The notes under the pieces: generated by a model
What the model saw: the letters and a program-made list of their open reading frames with translations, nothing else
Told to the model about the DNA's origin: nothing
Database searches by the model: none
Position numbers and translations under genes: made by a program
Shown: piece by piece, positions 1 to 9,102 of the stretch
Numbering within the stretch: the first letter of the stretch is position 1
Layout: the number at the start of each line of letters is the position of its first letter
From: an uncultured Gemmatimonadota bacterium
Lineage (GTDB): Bacteria > SM23-81
Assembly: GCA_964584035.1 (NCBI GenBank)
Contig: CAZOYL010000009.1
Coordinates: 872 to 37,170 of the forward strand
DNA length: 36,299 nucleotides
Reading direction: 5' to 3'

Positions 1-8
1 TTAAAATA

Positions 9-35
9 TTAGCACTCAATGGCACAGAGTGCTAA
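9..35. promoter_or_regulatory. CIRCE element (HrcA operator)
   Basis: Perfect consensus TTAGCACTC-N9-GAGTGCTAA (ttagcactc aatggcaca gagtgctaa), just downstream of a minus-strand sigma70 promoter. It implies an HrcA-regulated heat-shock gene (e.g. groES/groEL or hrcA/dnaK) beyond the left edge. Confidence 0.97.
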
Positions 36-45
36 AGTGGAAAAT

Positions 46-74
46 ATTATAACCAATCATCGAACGAAAAGCAA
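46..74 (-). promoter_or_regulatory. sigma70-type promoter reading through CIRCE off the left edge
   Basis: Minus strand TTGCTT-N17-TATAAT. Confidence 0.8.
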
Positions 75-147
75 GGGAAAAATGCTGCGGCGGGGAAAAA
101 AATGCCCGGGGAAGATCGTGGACAGTAAACCAGCGTGGTTCTATCGA

Positions 148-930
148 TCAGCCAGGTGTTATAACCATCTGTCCGATGAGAACCAGCCCCTCCAGGGTAA
201 GATCGGGACAGACCTCCCGAATGGTCACCGAATCCGGCGCGATGAGGTGTGCCAGACCGCCGGTGGCCACTACCGTTGCCTGCTCTCCCAGCTGCTCCGT
301 AATTCTCCTGACGACCCCATCCACCTGACCAACGGTTCCATAGAAAAGGCCGGAGAGAATGCTCTCCTCGGTGGTTTTCCCGATCACGGCCGATGGCTGG
401 CGGATTTCCACGAAGCGAGGCAGCTTGGCCGCCCGGGAAAACAGGTCGCGGGCCGATGTACGCACTCCGGGGGCGATCACCCCGCCGAGATATTCACCTT
501 TGCCGGAGATAACGTCAAAGGTCGTAGCGGTGCCAAAATCCACCACGATGACGGCACCCCGATACCGGTGCCGGGCAGCCACCGCATTGGCCAGGCGGTC
601 AGCTCCGATCTGGTCCGGATCCCGAGTGACGATCTTGAGACCAAGGTTCAACCGGTTGGACACCTCAACGAGTCGGCACCCTCTGACGGTCCCAAGGGCC
701 TCCCTGAAGACCGCCGTTAAAGCCGGAACCACCGAGCCGATCACCACTCCGCTTATCTGCTGCGGATCCGCGCCCGCAGAACTCAGCAATTGCCCGAGCA
801 ACAGGATGACCTCATCGGTGGTGCGATCCTGATCGCTGGAGATCCGCCAGCGGTGCCGCTGCTGGGCATTCTCGGACTGATACAGACCCAGCACGGTATT
901 CGTGTTGCCAATGTCGACCGCTAGCCACAT
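148..930 (-). CDS. coaX: type III pantothenate kinase
   Basis: N-terminal LAVDIGNTNT, GADRLANA, VVDFGTATT, GGVIAPG and ATGG motifs. AGGAG SD; overlaps the birA end by 10 nt. Confidence 0.95.
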   Translation of the reverse strand: MWLAVDIGNTNTVLGLYQSENAQQRHRWRISSDQDRTTDEVILLLGQLLSSAGADPQQISGVVIGSVVPALTAVFREALGTVRGCRLVEVSNRLNLGLKIVTRDPDQIGADRLANAVAARHRYRGAVIVVDFGTATTFDVISGKGEYLGGVIAPGVRTSARDLFSRAAKLPRFVEIRQPSAVIGKTTEESILSGLFYGTVGQVDGVVRRITEQLGEQATVVATGGLAHLIAPDSVTIREVCPDLTLEGLVLIGQMVITPG

Positions 931-1994
931 GTTCTCTCCTCCTTCAAGAACCCGTCGTTAACGGAAGCGCTTTCCGATGAAGGACCGTCTGTCAGAGCCA
1001 TATCCGTCAGGGTCACATCGCCCGCCAGAAAACGCTGCCGGTCGCCGTTCTCTTCCCTGAGAATGAGAGCCCCCTGGGAATCGATATCCACGGCCGTACC
1101 CCGAATATTTCGCGGGCCTATCTGAAGCGTCACCCGCCGCCCAAGGACTGCGGACAACTGACGCCAACGGTCCAGAAACGGCTCCAGACCCCGTTCCTGG
1201 AACTGAACATAGAGCGGCTCAAAACGGGCCAGCAGATCCCCCAGCAGTTCAACCCGGGGTACGGTCCGGCCCAGCTCTATTCTCAGAGAGGTCGCCCGGT
1301 GGCGTAAAAACCGGGGGAAATCCGCGGTGCGGTGGTTCACATTGAGTCCGATCCCCAGAACGACACCATGCATATCCGAACCGTTGAGCTGCGTCTCTAC
1401 CAACACCCCGGCGAGTTTGTGCCCTCGGACCAGGACATCATTGGGCCATTTGACTCTCACGGACAATGGAAAACGCTCCAGAATGGTCTCCGCCACGGCC
1501 AGCGCGCCGCAGATGGCCACCTGGAACACTCGCTCAAGGGGCACGTTAGGATGGAGCACCAGAGACATCCAGAGCCCCAAACCGGGGGGAGAATACCAGG
1601 CCCGCCCCAAACGCCCCTTCCCGGCCAATTGTTCCTCGGCCAACACCAAAGTACCCTCCGAGGCACCGTTCCTGGCCATTTCCATGGCCACCTGATTGGT
1701 GGAGCGAATGCTTCGATAGGAACAGATGCGCCGTCCCATGAGGTCCGTTTTGAGTGCATGGCGCACCTCCAGGGGCAGCAGCCGATCCGGAACCGTGATC
1801 AGACGATAGCCCAAACAGGGATGCTCCTCGATCTCATACCCCTGCCGTTGAAGATGCCCGATGGACTCGGTCACCGCCCCGGGGGACAGAACCAGCCGTT
1901 CCGAGAGACACACAACCGTCTGATAGTGTCCCATCTGCCCGCGTAGAGCCTCCAGAACGCACTCATCCACCCCGGGATCCTGCCACGACTTCAT
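921..1994 (-). CDS. birA: biotin--[acetyl-CoA carboxylase] ligase with N-terminal HTH-like region (group II BirA)
   Basis: STNQ, QLAGKGRLGRAW, KWPNDV, KLAGVLVE and GIGLNVN motifs, C-terminal SH3-like region, N-terminal 'I..L...GYEIE....GYRL'. ATGA overlap with nadC. Confidence 0.95.
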   Translation of the reverse strand: MKSWQDPGVDECVLEALRGQMGHYQTVVCLSERLVLSPGAVTESIGHLQRQGYEIEEHPCLGYRLITVPDRLLPLEVRHALKTDLMGRRICSYRSIRSTNQVAMEMARNGASEGTLVLAEEQLAGKGRLGRAWYSPPGLGLWMSLVLHPNVPLERVFQVAICGALAVAETILERFPLSVRVKWPNDVLVRGHKLAGVLVETQLNGSDMHGVVLGIGLNVNHRTADFPRFLRHRATSLRIELGRTVPRVELLGDLLARFEPLYVQFQERGLEPFLDRWRQLSAVLGRRVTLQIGPRNIRGTAVDIDSQGALILREENGDRQRFLAGDVTLTDMALTDGPSSESASVNDGFLKEERTCG

Positions 1995-2878
1995 GAATCC
2001 ACCTCGAAACCGTCACAACCGGGGGACCACGGCGTCACCTCCAGACTGATGTCCAGGGCGACGGAAGAGTGAGTAATGGATCCGGTGGAGATATCGTCCA
2101 CGCCCGCCATGGCCATCTGGCGGACATTCTTCAGAGTGATGTTGCCCGAGATCTCGATGCGGGGTTTCCCCTGTGTTCCGCTCTGACGCCTGATCAGATC
2201 GAGAGCTGACCGGACTTGGTCCCGATTCATATTATCCAGCATGATCCGATCGGCACCGGCGCGCAAGGCCTGATCTACCTGATCCGGGGAGGCGGTCTCT
2301 ACCTCCACCGGCAGTCCCGGAAAGCGTTTTCGAACCGCCTTCACGGCCGCCTCGATGCCGCCGGCGACTCCGATGTGATTGTCCTTGATGAGGGCCATAT
2401 CATAAAGACCGGCGCGATGATTATGGCCCCCCCCCATGGTTACGGCATATTTTTCAAGAACTCTTAACATCGGCGTCGTTTTCCGGGTGTCCAGAATGCG
2501 GACCCCGGTGCCGGCCACCGCATCGACAAAACGGGCCGTGTGGGTGGCAATGCCGGAGAGCCGCTGCAGAAAATTCAGGGCTACTCGTTCTCCGCTGAGA
2601 ATGGCACCGGCCGAGCCATACAGATCCATGATGATCTCCCCCCGGCGGGCCCGGCTGCCATCCTGAATGCTGACATGCGAGCGCATGTCAGGATCGAGCA
2701 TCTCGAAAACACAGACGGCCACCTCCGTGCCGGCCACCACTCCCGATTCCTGGGCCAGCACCCGAGCTTCTACCTTAACATCCTCTGAAACAATCGATTC
2801 GGTGGTAACATCGCCCGGACCGATATCCTCGGCCAGAGCGCTTTGGACCAGCTGACGAACCGTATCCATATCCAGCAT
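1991..2878 (-). CDS. nadC: quinolinate phosphoribosyltransferase (nicotinate-nucleotide diphosphorylase)
   Basis: EDIGPGDVTT, ERVALNFLQRLSGIAT, DTRKTTP, HRAGLYD..LIKDNH, EVE, IMLDN and SGNITL motifs. Confidence 0.97.
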   Translation of the reverse strand: MLDMDTVRQLVQSALAEDIGPGDVTTESIVSEDVKVEARVLAQESGVVAGTEVAVCVFEMLDPDMRSHVSIQDGSRARRGEIIMDLYGSAGAILSGERVALNFLQRLSGIATHTARFVDAVAGTGVRILDTRKTTPMLRVLEKYAVTMGGGHNHRAGLYDMALIKDNHIGVAGGIEAAVKAVRKRFPGLPVEVETASPDQVDQALRAGADRIMLDNMNRDQVRSALDLIRRQSGTQGKPRIEISGNITLKNVRQMAMAGVDDISTGSITHSSVALDISLEVTPWSPGCDGFEVDS

Positions 2879-2920
2879 GACCGTGCCGATCTCCTCCTAA
2901 CGGGGAATGGAGCCGCAGCT

Positions 2921-2950
2921 AATGTAACATGCCTGTTTGGAGAAAGTCAA
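2921..2950 (-). promoter_or_regulatory. putative sigma70 promoter of nadC-birA-coaX
   Basis: Minus strand TTGACT-N18-TACATT, preceded by TGn. Confidence 0.55.
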
Positions 2951-3002
2951 GGGTAAAAAGAGTTTCGCGCCCGGCTCGGATCTCACGGGGAGACCTTTTT
3001 GC

Positions 3003-3030
3003 TTGACAACCGGGCCGGCCGCTGTATATT
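3003..3030 (+). promoter_or_regulatory. putative sigma70 promoter of the CNNM gene pair
   Basis: TTGACA-N16-TATATT. Confidence 0.55.
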
Positions 3031-3075
3031 CCCCTTGAGCAGATCCTTCTTTTCCCCCAACCAGGCGACGGTGAC

Positions 3076-4365
3076 GTGATCCTGGCTCATATTCTCTCCC
3101 TTGCCGGTCTGGCCGTTCTCGTGGCTCTATCGGCCTTCTTTTCCGGCTCCGAAACAGCCCTGTTCTCTCTGGGAAAGCTGCGGCTTCGCCGTATGAAACA
3201 GGCGGGTGACAGGCATGCAGAGCTGATCGAGAAGCTGCTCAGCCACCCCACCAAATTGCTGATCTCCATCCTGGTGGGCAACATGTTCGTCAATATCATG
3301 GCCACCAGTCTGGCCACCGTGCTGTTCGTTTCCCTGTTCGCCCATCGCGGTGAGATGATCGCCTTTCTCACCATGAGTGTGACCATTCTCGTCTTCGGCG
3401 AAATCACTCCCAAGTTTCTGGCCGTGAAAGATCCCAACCGGTACTCCGCAGCCATCGCCGGACCTCTCTGGGCCTTTTCCCGGGCGATCTCCTCGCTGGT
3501 CCTCATTCTGGAGAAGTCGACCGAATCCCTGGTGCACCTTCTGGAGGGCGGTCGCCGGGCCAAGGCCACCGCGCCGACCGAGGAAGAGCTGATGACGGTG
3601 GTAGAACTGTCTCATAAAGAGGGTATCGTCGATCCCGTTGAGCGCCAGATGATCCTGCGAGCTTTTGAATTCGGGAATCTGCCTGTTTCTGACGTGATGA
3701 CCCCCCGAACCGAGATCTTCAGCCTGGAACTCGGCACCCGGCCGGCCATCGCCCGATCGCAGCTCAAGGAGCGGGGGTTTTCCCGGGTGCCTATCTATCG
3801 CCATGACCCCGAGCAGATCGTCGGAACCGTTCATGCCATCGACCTGGTCACCAGCATGTTCACATCGCCCGGCCGCAACCTGAAAAAGTACCTCCGCCCA
3901 GCCCTCTTCATCCCGGAGGTAAAAAAGATCGGGCCTCTGCTGCGTGAATTCCAAAGAACGGGCACGCACATAGCCATCGTCATCGATGAGCACGGAGCTT
4001 TATCCGGACTGGTGACGCTGGAAGACCTGCTGGAGGAGATCGTCGGTGAGATCGTGGACCGCAAAGAACGTCTCCCGGCAGCCTATCACCAGCTGGATCG
4101 TAAAACGGCCGTGGTGGCCGGAACTATGGAGTTGAATCGATTCAACCGGATTTTCCGAACGGAGCTGCAAGACCCCGAGTATAAAACGGTGGCCGGGTAC
4201 ATCATCGGACGCCTCGGGCGCATACCCGAAGAGGGAGAGACCATCAATGTGGATGGATTGAGCTTTAAGGTGCTCAAAGCAGCGCCCAATCGGATTATCG
4301 CCCTGCGGATCCGGAGCGGCAGAAAAACGTTCCCCCATCGAAGACCGCCCAAAGGGAGCCATTGA
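3076..4365 (+). CDS. CNNM/DUF21-CBS-CorC_HlyC membrane protein (hemolysin/TlyC-CorB family, probable Mg2+/Co2+ exporter)
   Basis: SAFFSGSETALFSL, ILVGN, FGEITPK, MTPR, FSRVPIY and VIDEHG...TLEDLLEEIVGEI motifs, plus C-terminal TVAGYI...GRIP.EGE (CorC_HlyC). GTG start. Confidence 0.92.
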   Translation: MILAHILSLAGLAVLVALSAFFSGSETALFSLGKLRLRRMKQAGDRHAELIEKLLSHPTKLLISILVGNMFVNIMATSLATVLFVSLFAHRGEMIAFLTMSVTILVFGEITPKFLAVKDPNRYSAAIAGPLWAFSRAISSLVLILEKSTESLVHLLEGGRRAKATAPTEEELMTVVELSHKEGIVDPVERQMILRAFEFGNLPVSDVMTPRTEIFSLELGTRPAIARSQLKERGFSRVPIYRHDPEQIVGTVHAIDLVTSMFTSPGRNLKKYLRPALFIPEVKKIGPLLREFQRTGTHIAIVIDEHGALSGLVTLEDLLEEIVGEIVDRKERLPAAYHQLDRKTAVVAGTMELNRFNRIFRTELQDPEYKTVAGYIIGRLGRIPEEGETINVDGLSFKVLKAAPNRIIALRIRSGRKTFPHRRPPKGSH

Positions 4366-4366
4366 C

Positions 4367-5389
4367 GTGAGCATCTTCCTGACCTGCATACTCATCCTGC
4401 TGTGCATTCTCGTCTCGGCATTCTTTTCCGGTGCCGAGACGGCTTTGGTGGTGGCCGATCGTATCCGCCTGCGCCATCTGGTCGAGAAGAACAACAGCAA
4501 AGCCCGAATCGTACAAAACCTCCGGGAGCGTCCTCAGACCTTTCTGGGAACCACTCTGGTGGGCACGAATCTGGCCATCGTGGGCGGTTCGGTCCTGGCT
4601 ACCCGGCTGGTCAGTCAACTCCTGGGACATAGTTCCAACCTGGCGGCCCTGGTCCAGACGCTGATCATGACGCCGGTGATCCTCATCTTTGCCGAGATCG
4701 TCCCCAAAAACTTCTTTCGAATCCATGCCGACTCCATGGTACTGCGGCTGGCTCCCTGGGTACGGTTGAGCTATTGGGCGCTCACTCCCCTGGTCTATCT
4801 GATCACCGGCTTCTCCAGGCTGTTCAGCAGAAAAACGGACTCCCGGAAGACCGCCAGCCCCTTTGTCACCCGGGAGGAATTGCAATATCTGGCCCGAGAA
4901 AGCCACCGCTACGGTCTCATCGAGAGACAGGAGCATTACATCGTGGGACAGATCTTCGATTTCGCGGAAACCAGCGTTCGGCAGGTGATGGTTTCGCTGG
5001 AGGACGTGGTTGCCGTTGAACTGAACAGCCCGTTGGTCGAGGTGGTGGAGGTCATTCAGCGGGAGGGAAAATCACGTATCCCGGTCTATCGCCAAGTTCC
5101 CGAGCAGATCGTGGGGGTGGCCGACATCAACCACCTGCTGACGTCACGACGGAACACGCCGCTGGAGAAGATCGTCTATCCGGTGCCGCGGGTCGGGGAC
5201 GACACCAGCATCGAACGGCTTTTTCTGCACCTGCAGGAAAAACACGAACATATGGCCCTGGTTACGGACGGTCAGGGAAAGGTGGTGGGCATCGTCACTA
5301 TGGAGGATCTTCTGGAAAAGATCGTGGGCAGCATTCGGGATGAACATGACGATGTGGAAAAAGGGGCGGGTTCCGGAACACCGGCTTGA
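4367..5389 (+). CDS. CNNM/DUF21-CBS membrane protein lacking the CorC_HlyC domain
   Basis: SAFFSGAETAL, TLVGTN, FAEIVPK, SRIPVY and GIVTMEDLLEKIVGSIRDEHD motifs. GTG start 1 nt after the upstream stop. Confidence 0.9.
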   Translation: MSIFLTCILILLCILVSAFFSGAETALVVADRIRLRHLVEKNNSKARIVQNLRERPQTFLGTTLVGTNLAIVGGSVLATRLVSQLLGHSSNLAALVQTLIMTPVILIFAEIVPKNFFRIHADSMVLRLAPWVRLSYWALTPLVYLITGFSRLFSRKTDSRKTASPFVTREELQYLARESHRYGLIERQEHYIVGQIFDFAETSVRQVMVSLEDVVAVELNSPLVEVVEVIQREGKSRIPVYRQVPEQIVGVADINHLLTSRRNTPLEKIVYPVPRVGDDTSIERLFLHLQEKHEHMALVTDGQGKVVGIVTMEDLLEKIVGSIRDEHDDVEKGAGSGTPA

Positions 5390-5438
5390 TATGGCGCCGG
5401 AGGGGGAAACCCATCTGAAAACGGGACCGCCGATGAGG

Positions 5439-6977
5439 TCAATTCAGAAGAATGATCGCCAGAAGAATGCCCAGCAGCAGGAAAAAGAGGCCCAGAATCA
5501 GTTTCACCCGGTCCATGTGAGCCTCCATGGCGGCTCCGATCTGCTGGGACGATACTCCCATGTAGCTGATCACGAAGATGAATACCAGAGGGAGAACGAA
5601 CAGCAGGTTATAGATCAGCAGGTAGAGGACGGCGTGGGCTTGTAAGCCCTCCACCCCGGTCACGAACACGATGGTGGGCAGGTACACCTGGCCGGTACAG
5701 GCCAGCTCCAGAACGGAAACGACCGCGCCCGTCAGAAAAGCGCCGATGGCCAGACGCCCGGATCTCGATTGTCTGCGAATGGCCTCGTGGATGCGGCGTT
5801 TCAGAAACAGCGGCAGTTGAAGCTTCATGTCGGAGAGCCGGCGACCCCGGCGGATGAGAACATAATCGTAAAAACTCAAAGCGGACAGGGCCAGGACCAG
5901 CAGGGCCGCCAAAGCATAGACGACTCTGGAGAGCAGGGAAAGAAAGGTCAGCCGCTGCAGGAATCGGAACAACCCCAGTCCCATAGAGAAGTAGGTGATG
6001 AACACGGCCATCGTGAAGGCCAATCCCGCCATCAGGATTTCTCGTCTGCTACGACCCGCAAAGGCAAGATAGGAAAGTAGAAAGACGATGGTGGCAAAAG
6101 CGCAGGGATTGACACCATCGATCAGGCCGGCCAGCATGACCGTGAACAGGCCCAGACCGCGGAACCGCTCCACGATGCTTCGGGCGGCTGAGACGGTATC
6201 TCCGGCGACTATCTCCCAGACAGGCCGGGCGCCGGCGGTGCCGTATTTCTCCACCAGAGCTCGCAGCCCCGCTTCTCCGATCTCCTCTCCCACCAGTGCA
6301 TCCCGTCCCAAAAAGATGGATGGCGCCACCAGACGGCGATCCTCGGGAAGGCCGGCGTAGCGGCCCATGGCTTCGGCCAGCACCTTGTTCCGGGGAAGTG
6401 CCAGATCGAACCACCTGATCGTGATGTCGGGGTAACGGCGCTGCAGTGCCGAGAGCATTCGCTCGACACGGCTGCATTTTTGACATCCGCCCTGATGGAG
6501 ATAGGCCAGAGCGATCGAGGCGATCGGACCGGGAAGTTCCTCCGCCGCTGGGTTAGCCAGCTCGACGGGAGCAGTGCCTCCGGCGCGAAGAAATCCGGCG
6601 ATAACGGCGTCAAGCTCCTCCTCCACCTCAACCCTTCCCCCCAGGATACGCGGACCGCAGAACACCACCGGCAGATCATTATCGGTATCGCCGGCCTGCC
6701 GTTCCAGTGATTCCAGCAGTTCGTAGTGCTCCCCTTGATCGACATCGACGGTCCTCACGGCCAGCGAGGGACCATACTTATCTTTCAGGTCCGGGAGGAT
6801 GTGCTCCTCGACATACTGGCATTGCTCACATTCCGGGCTGGTGAAGACAATGATGTGCACCACCGCAGGGGTTTGAAGCTCCTCAGCAACTCCCCGGCCC
6901 GGCCTGCCCATCTCCCCGAACAGAAGAAAAAAACAGCCCAGCAGAACCGGCCACAGTCTCCGGCAGATCCACAGCAT
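5439..6977 (-). CDS. two thioredoxin/glutaredoxin-like domains fused to a CcdA/DsbD-type transmembrane domain (cytochrome c biogenesis/disulfide interchange family)
   Basis: CxxC motifs CEQC and CQKC; membrane domain with DGVNPCAF and ELACTGQVY. Start at MLWICRR (GGAGAGGA SD) preferred; the ORF extends to 7049. Confidence 0.8.
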   Translation of the reverse strand: MLWICRRLWPVLLGCFFLLFGEMGRPGRGVAEELQTPAVVHIIVFTSPECEQCQYVEEHILPDLKDKYGPSLAVRTVDVDQGEHYELLESLERQAGDTDNDLPVVFCGPRILGGRVEVEEELDAVIAGFLRAGGTAPVELANPAAEELPGPIASIALAYLHQGGCQKCSRVERMLSALQRRYPDITIRWFDLALPRNKVLAEAMGRYAGLPEDRRLVAPSIFLGRDALVGEEIGEAGLRALVEKYGTAGARPVWEIVAGDTVSAARSIVERFRGLGLFTVMLAGLIDGVNPCAFATIVFLLSYLAFAGRSRREILMAGLAFTMAVFITYFSMGLGLFRFLQRLTFLSLLSRVVYALAALLVLALSALSFYDYVLIRRGRRLSDMKLQLPLFLKRRIHEAIRRQSRSGRLAIGAFLTGAVVSVLELACTGQVYLPTIVFVTGVEGLQAHAVLYLLIYNLLFVLPLVFIFVISYMGVSSQQIGAAMEAHMDRVKLILGLFFLLLGILLAIILLN

Positions 6978-7086
6978 TCTGTCGTTCTCCTCTCCAACGG
7001 CTCCTTCAGCTTGACGGATAGCGGAAAGAATGGCGCGCGAATCCGGCATAATTTTGAGGCTCCCGTCATCGGATCAATAACCAAGT

Positions 7087-7115
7087 AACATAGTCATCTA
7101 TCCGCGAGCCGTCAA
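7087..7115 (-). promoter_or_regulatory. putative sigma70 promoter of the Trx-CcdA gene
   Basis: Minus strand TTGACG-N17-TATGTT. Confidence 0.5.
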
Positions 7116-8104
7116 CCTGTTTTTTCCCTCCGCCCGAAGCAGCGGCCCGGTTCCTGCAGCCAGCCCCGGGAGAGGCCGGCCCGATGCAGAGCCTCAATGG
7201 CCCGATCATACTCGGCCGCTGTCAGGCGGCGGTTCAGAAGGGGATCCTGACGAGCGGACCAGACCGGCAGGTACTGGCTCATCAAGCTCACATGGACTCG
7301 CCGGGAGATGCGCGTGGAGATCAGCCCGACAATCTCTTCGGTGCCGGCCAAATCGTGGGGCAGAACCAGATGACGAATGATCAAGCCGCGCCGGGCGGTG
7401 CCCTCCGGGTCGGTGCGTAAGCATCCCACCTGTCGGAACATCTCCTCCACCGCCAGCAGGTTAACGGCCGGATAATCGGGTGCCGCCGAGTATGTTCGGG
7501 CGGCCAGCGGGCTGGCGTACTTCATGTCCGGCAGATAGATATCGACGATGCCGGCGAGCAGCTCCAGAAGCTCCAGGGTTTCATAACCACCGGTATTCCA
7601 GACGATGGGCAGGCGTAATCCTCTTTCGATGGCCAGGGACAGCGCCTGGAGAAGAGGATACAGAAAATGGGTGGCGGTGACCAAATTCAGGTTGTGACAA
7701 CCGCTGTTCTGCAAACTCAGAAAGACCCGGGCCAACCGTTCCGGGGACAGGTCGGTGCCGCGGCCCCAATGGCTCATGGGGGCGTTTTGGCAGTAAGAAC
7801 AGCGCAGCGTGCAGTGGGAGAAAAAGACGATCCCGGAGCCTCGAGTGCCCGAAATGGGCGGCTCTTCGCCATGATGAAGCTTATATTTATAGACCCGGGG
7901 CAGCACTCCGGCGCGGCAAAATCCCCTCGCGCCGCGCATCCGGTCGACCCGGCAGTTCCTGGGACACAGCGTGCAGCATTCCATCAGACGGCGGACCCGT
8001 GCGATTCGACCGTCCAGCTCGCCCGATCGATAGAGCTCCAGATAGGAGGGTGCCCCGGAGATCGGCACCGATCGGTTTTCTGATTTCGGCCGTTCTGTCA
8101 TCAT
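7112..8104 (-). CDS. radical SAM protein, PflX-like (uncharacterised Fe-S protein)
   Basis: CxxxCxxC (CTLRCSYC), N-terminal CTLCPRNC.VDR....GFC, HHGEEPPISG, DIYLPDMKY and IIRHLVLP. Start placed at MMTERP after a GGGGAG SD (ORF extends to 8161). Confidence 0.88.
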   Translation of the reverse strand: MMTERPKSENRSVPISGAPSYLELYRSGELDGRIARVRRLMECCTLCPRNCRVDRMRGARGFCRAGVLPRVYKYKLHHGEEPPISGTRGSGIVFFSHCTLRCSYCQNAPMSHWGRGTDLSPERLARVFLSLQNSGCHNLNLVTATHFLYPLLQALSLAIERGLRLPIVWNTGGYETLELLELLAGIVDIYLPDMKYASPLAARTYSAAPDYPAVNLLAVEEMFRQVGCLRTDPEGTARRGLIIRHLVLPHDLAGTEEIVGLISTRISRRVHVSLMSQYLPVWSARQDPLLNRRLTAAEYDRAIEALHRAGLSRGWLQEPGRCFGRREKTG

Positions 8105-8173
8105 CTCCCCCGCTGCCGACATCGGGCCTGCTTTCATATCCAGGCGGCTGACTGAGATCAACTGCCGAAGGTC

Positions 8174-8203
8174 AGTATAGGATGATCAGTTCGCCGAAGT
8201 CAA
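8174..8203 (-). promoter_or_regulatory. putative sigma70 promoter of the radical SAM gene
   Basis: Minus strand TTGACT-N18-TATACT. Confidence 0.55.
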
Positions 8204-8313
8204 GAGGAATTCCTCATCGAAAACCACTCGGACCGGTTCATCAGAGGAGAAGGACGGCCGCAGAGAGACGCTGTTCGGCTGGAATACCGAGGGGATCGAG
8301 CGGCTGGCCGGAT

Positions 8314-8341
8314 AAAAAAAGGGGGGGATAAGATCCCCCCC
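8314..8341 (-). terminator. intrinsic terminator of the PEP-CTERM gene
   Basis: GGGGGGGAT/ATCCCCCCC stem followed on the minus strand by T7, 25 nt after the stop. Confidence 0.85.
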
Positions 8342-8365
8342 TGATTCAATCGAGTGGGCCAATCG

Positions 8366-9028
8366 TTACTTTTTCCGCCGGCGCGCCGCTCCGAAAATGC
8401 CCATGCCCATCAGGCCTCCACCCAGCAACAGAAGCGTGGCGGGCTCGGGCACCGATTCGACGGAGACATTATCGACGAATAGGCCAGTGGGATAAATGAT
8501 ATCCTCACTGGTGGTCACCCCAAAGGCGATGGTGCAATTGATCGGCGACATCACCCCGCTGATGTCGTAAGCCTGATGAAAATGCTGCCAACCGGGAGTT
8601 TCCAGGCCGCCAAAATCCACACCGCCCCAGTATTCATAGAGGTCAAAGCCACCGTTATGCTGCATGCCGATCCATACAAAATCAAACTCGATGGAATCGA
8701 AGCTCCATGGCATATACTGAAAATCCACCGCGACCATGCTGAGGTCCGCCGGGACGACGAAGCTCTGCATTAAAATGGATGTTCCTATCGCCTGCAAACC
8801 CAACAGCGTCGGTGGTGCCACCGAGCCTACGCAATTATTTAGTTCCGGGTGCGTCATCCAGATATTGGGCACGGTGCTGGCCCCCGAGATGGGAAAATCC
8901 CCGCCGATGGTCCATCCTGTGAGATCACCGGTTTCAAAACTGCCGTTGGTAATCAACTGCAGGCCGAAGGCTGGCGCCGCGATCATCATCGCGATGACGA
9001 AGCTCACCAATGCCCAGGATTTTTTCAT
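8366..9028 (-). CDS. PEP-CTERM sorting domain protein with signal peptide and NGSFETG (carbohydrate-binding jelly-roll-like) domain
   Basis: Signal peptide MKKSWALVSFVIAMMIAAPAFG; LITNGSFETGDLTGW...VDNVSV; C-terminus VPEPATLLLLGGGLMGMGIFGAARRRKK. AGGGGG SD before the ATG at 9028. Confidence 0.93.
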   Translation of the reverse strand: MKKSWALVSFVIAMMIAAPAFGLQLITNGSFETGDLTGWTIGGDFPISGASTVPNIWMTHPELNNCVGSVAPPTLLGLQAIGTSILMQSFVVPADLSMVAVDFQYMPWSFDSIEFDFVWIGMQHNGGFDLYEYWGGVDFGGLETPGWQHFHQAYDISGVMSPINCTIAFGVTTSEDIIYPTGLFVDNVSVESVPEPATLLLLGGGLMGMGIFGAARRRKK

Positions 9029-9086
9029 ATATATCCCCCTGCTGTTTGTGATGATGGTAGATGATAGATATCTTGTTTTTAAATAA

Positions 9087-9102
9087 TGCAACAGTCATGC
9101 CA
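9087..9102 (-). promoter_or_regulatory. sigma54 (-24/-12) promoter of the PEP-CTERM gene
   Basis: Minus strand TGGCATGACTGTTGCA (GG-N10-GC), ~60 nt above the start, followed upstream by an AT-rich tract. PEP-CTERM genes are known to be sigma54/PrsR regulated. Confidence 0.85.

Noticed and set aside
75..112. Short GGGAAAAATGC-like direct repeat after coaX
   Set aside because: Two imperfect low-complexity copies with no supportable function.
19..720. 233-aa plus-strand ORF
   Set aside because: Antisense shadow of coaX; starts inside the CIRCE spacer; no motifs.
2880..3075. BirA operator or vitamin riboswitch upstream of nadC-birA-coaX
   Set aside because: No TGTAAAC-N-GTTTACA-like palindrome or recognisable riboswitch consensus seen.
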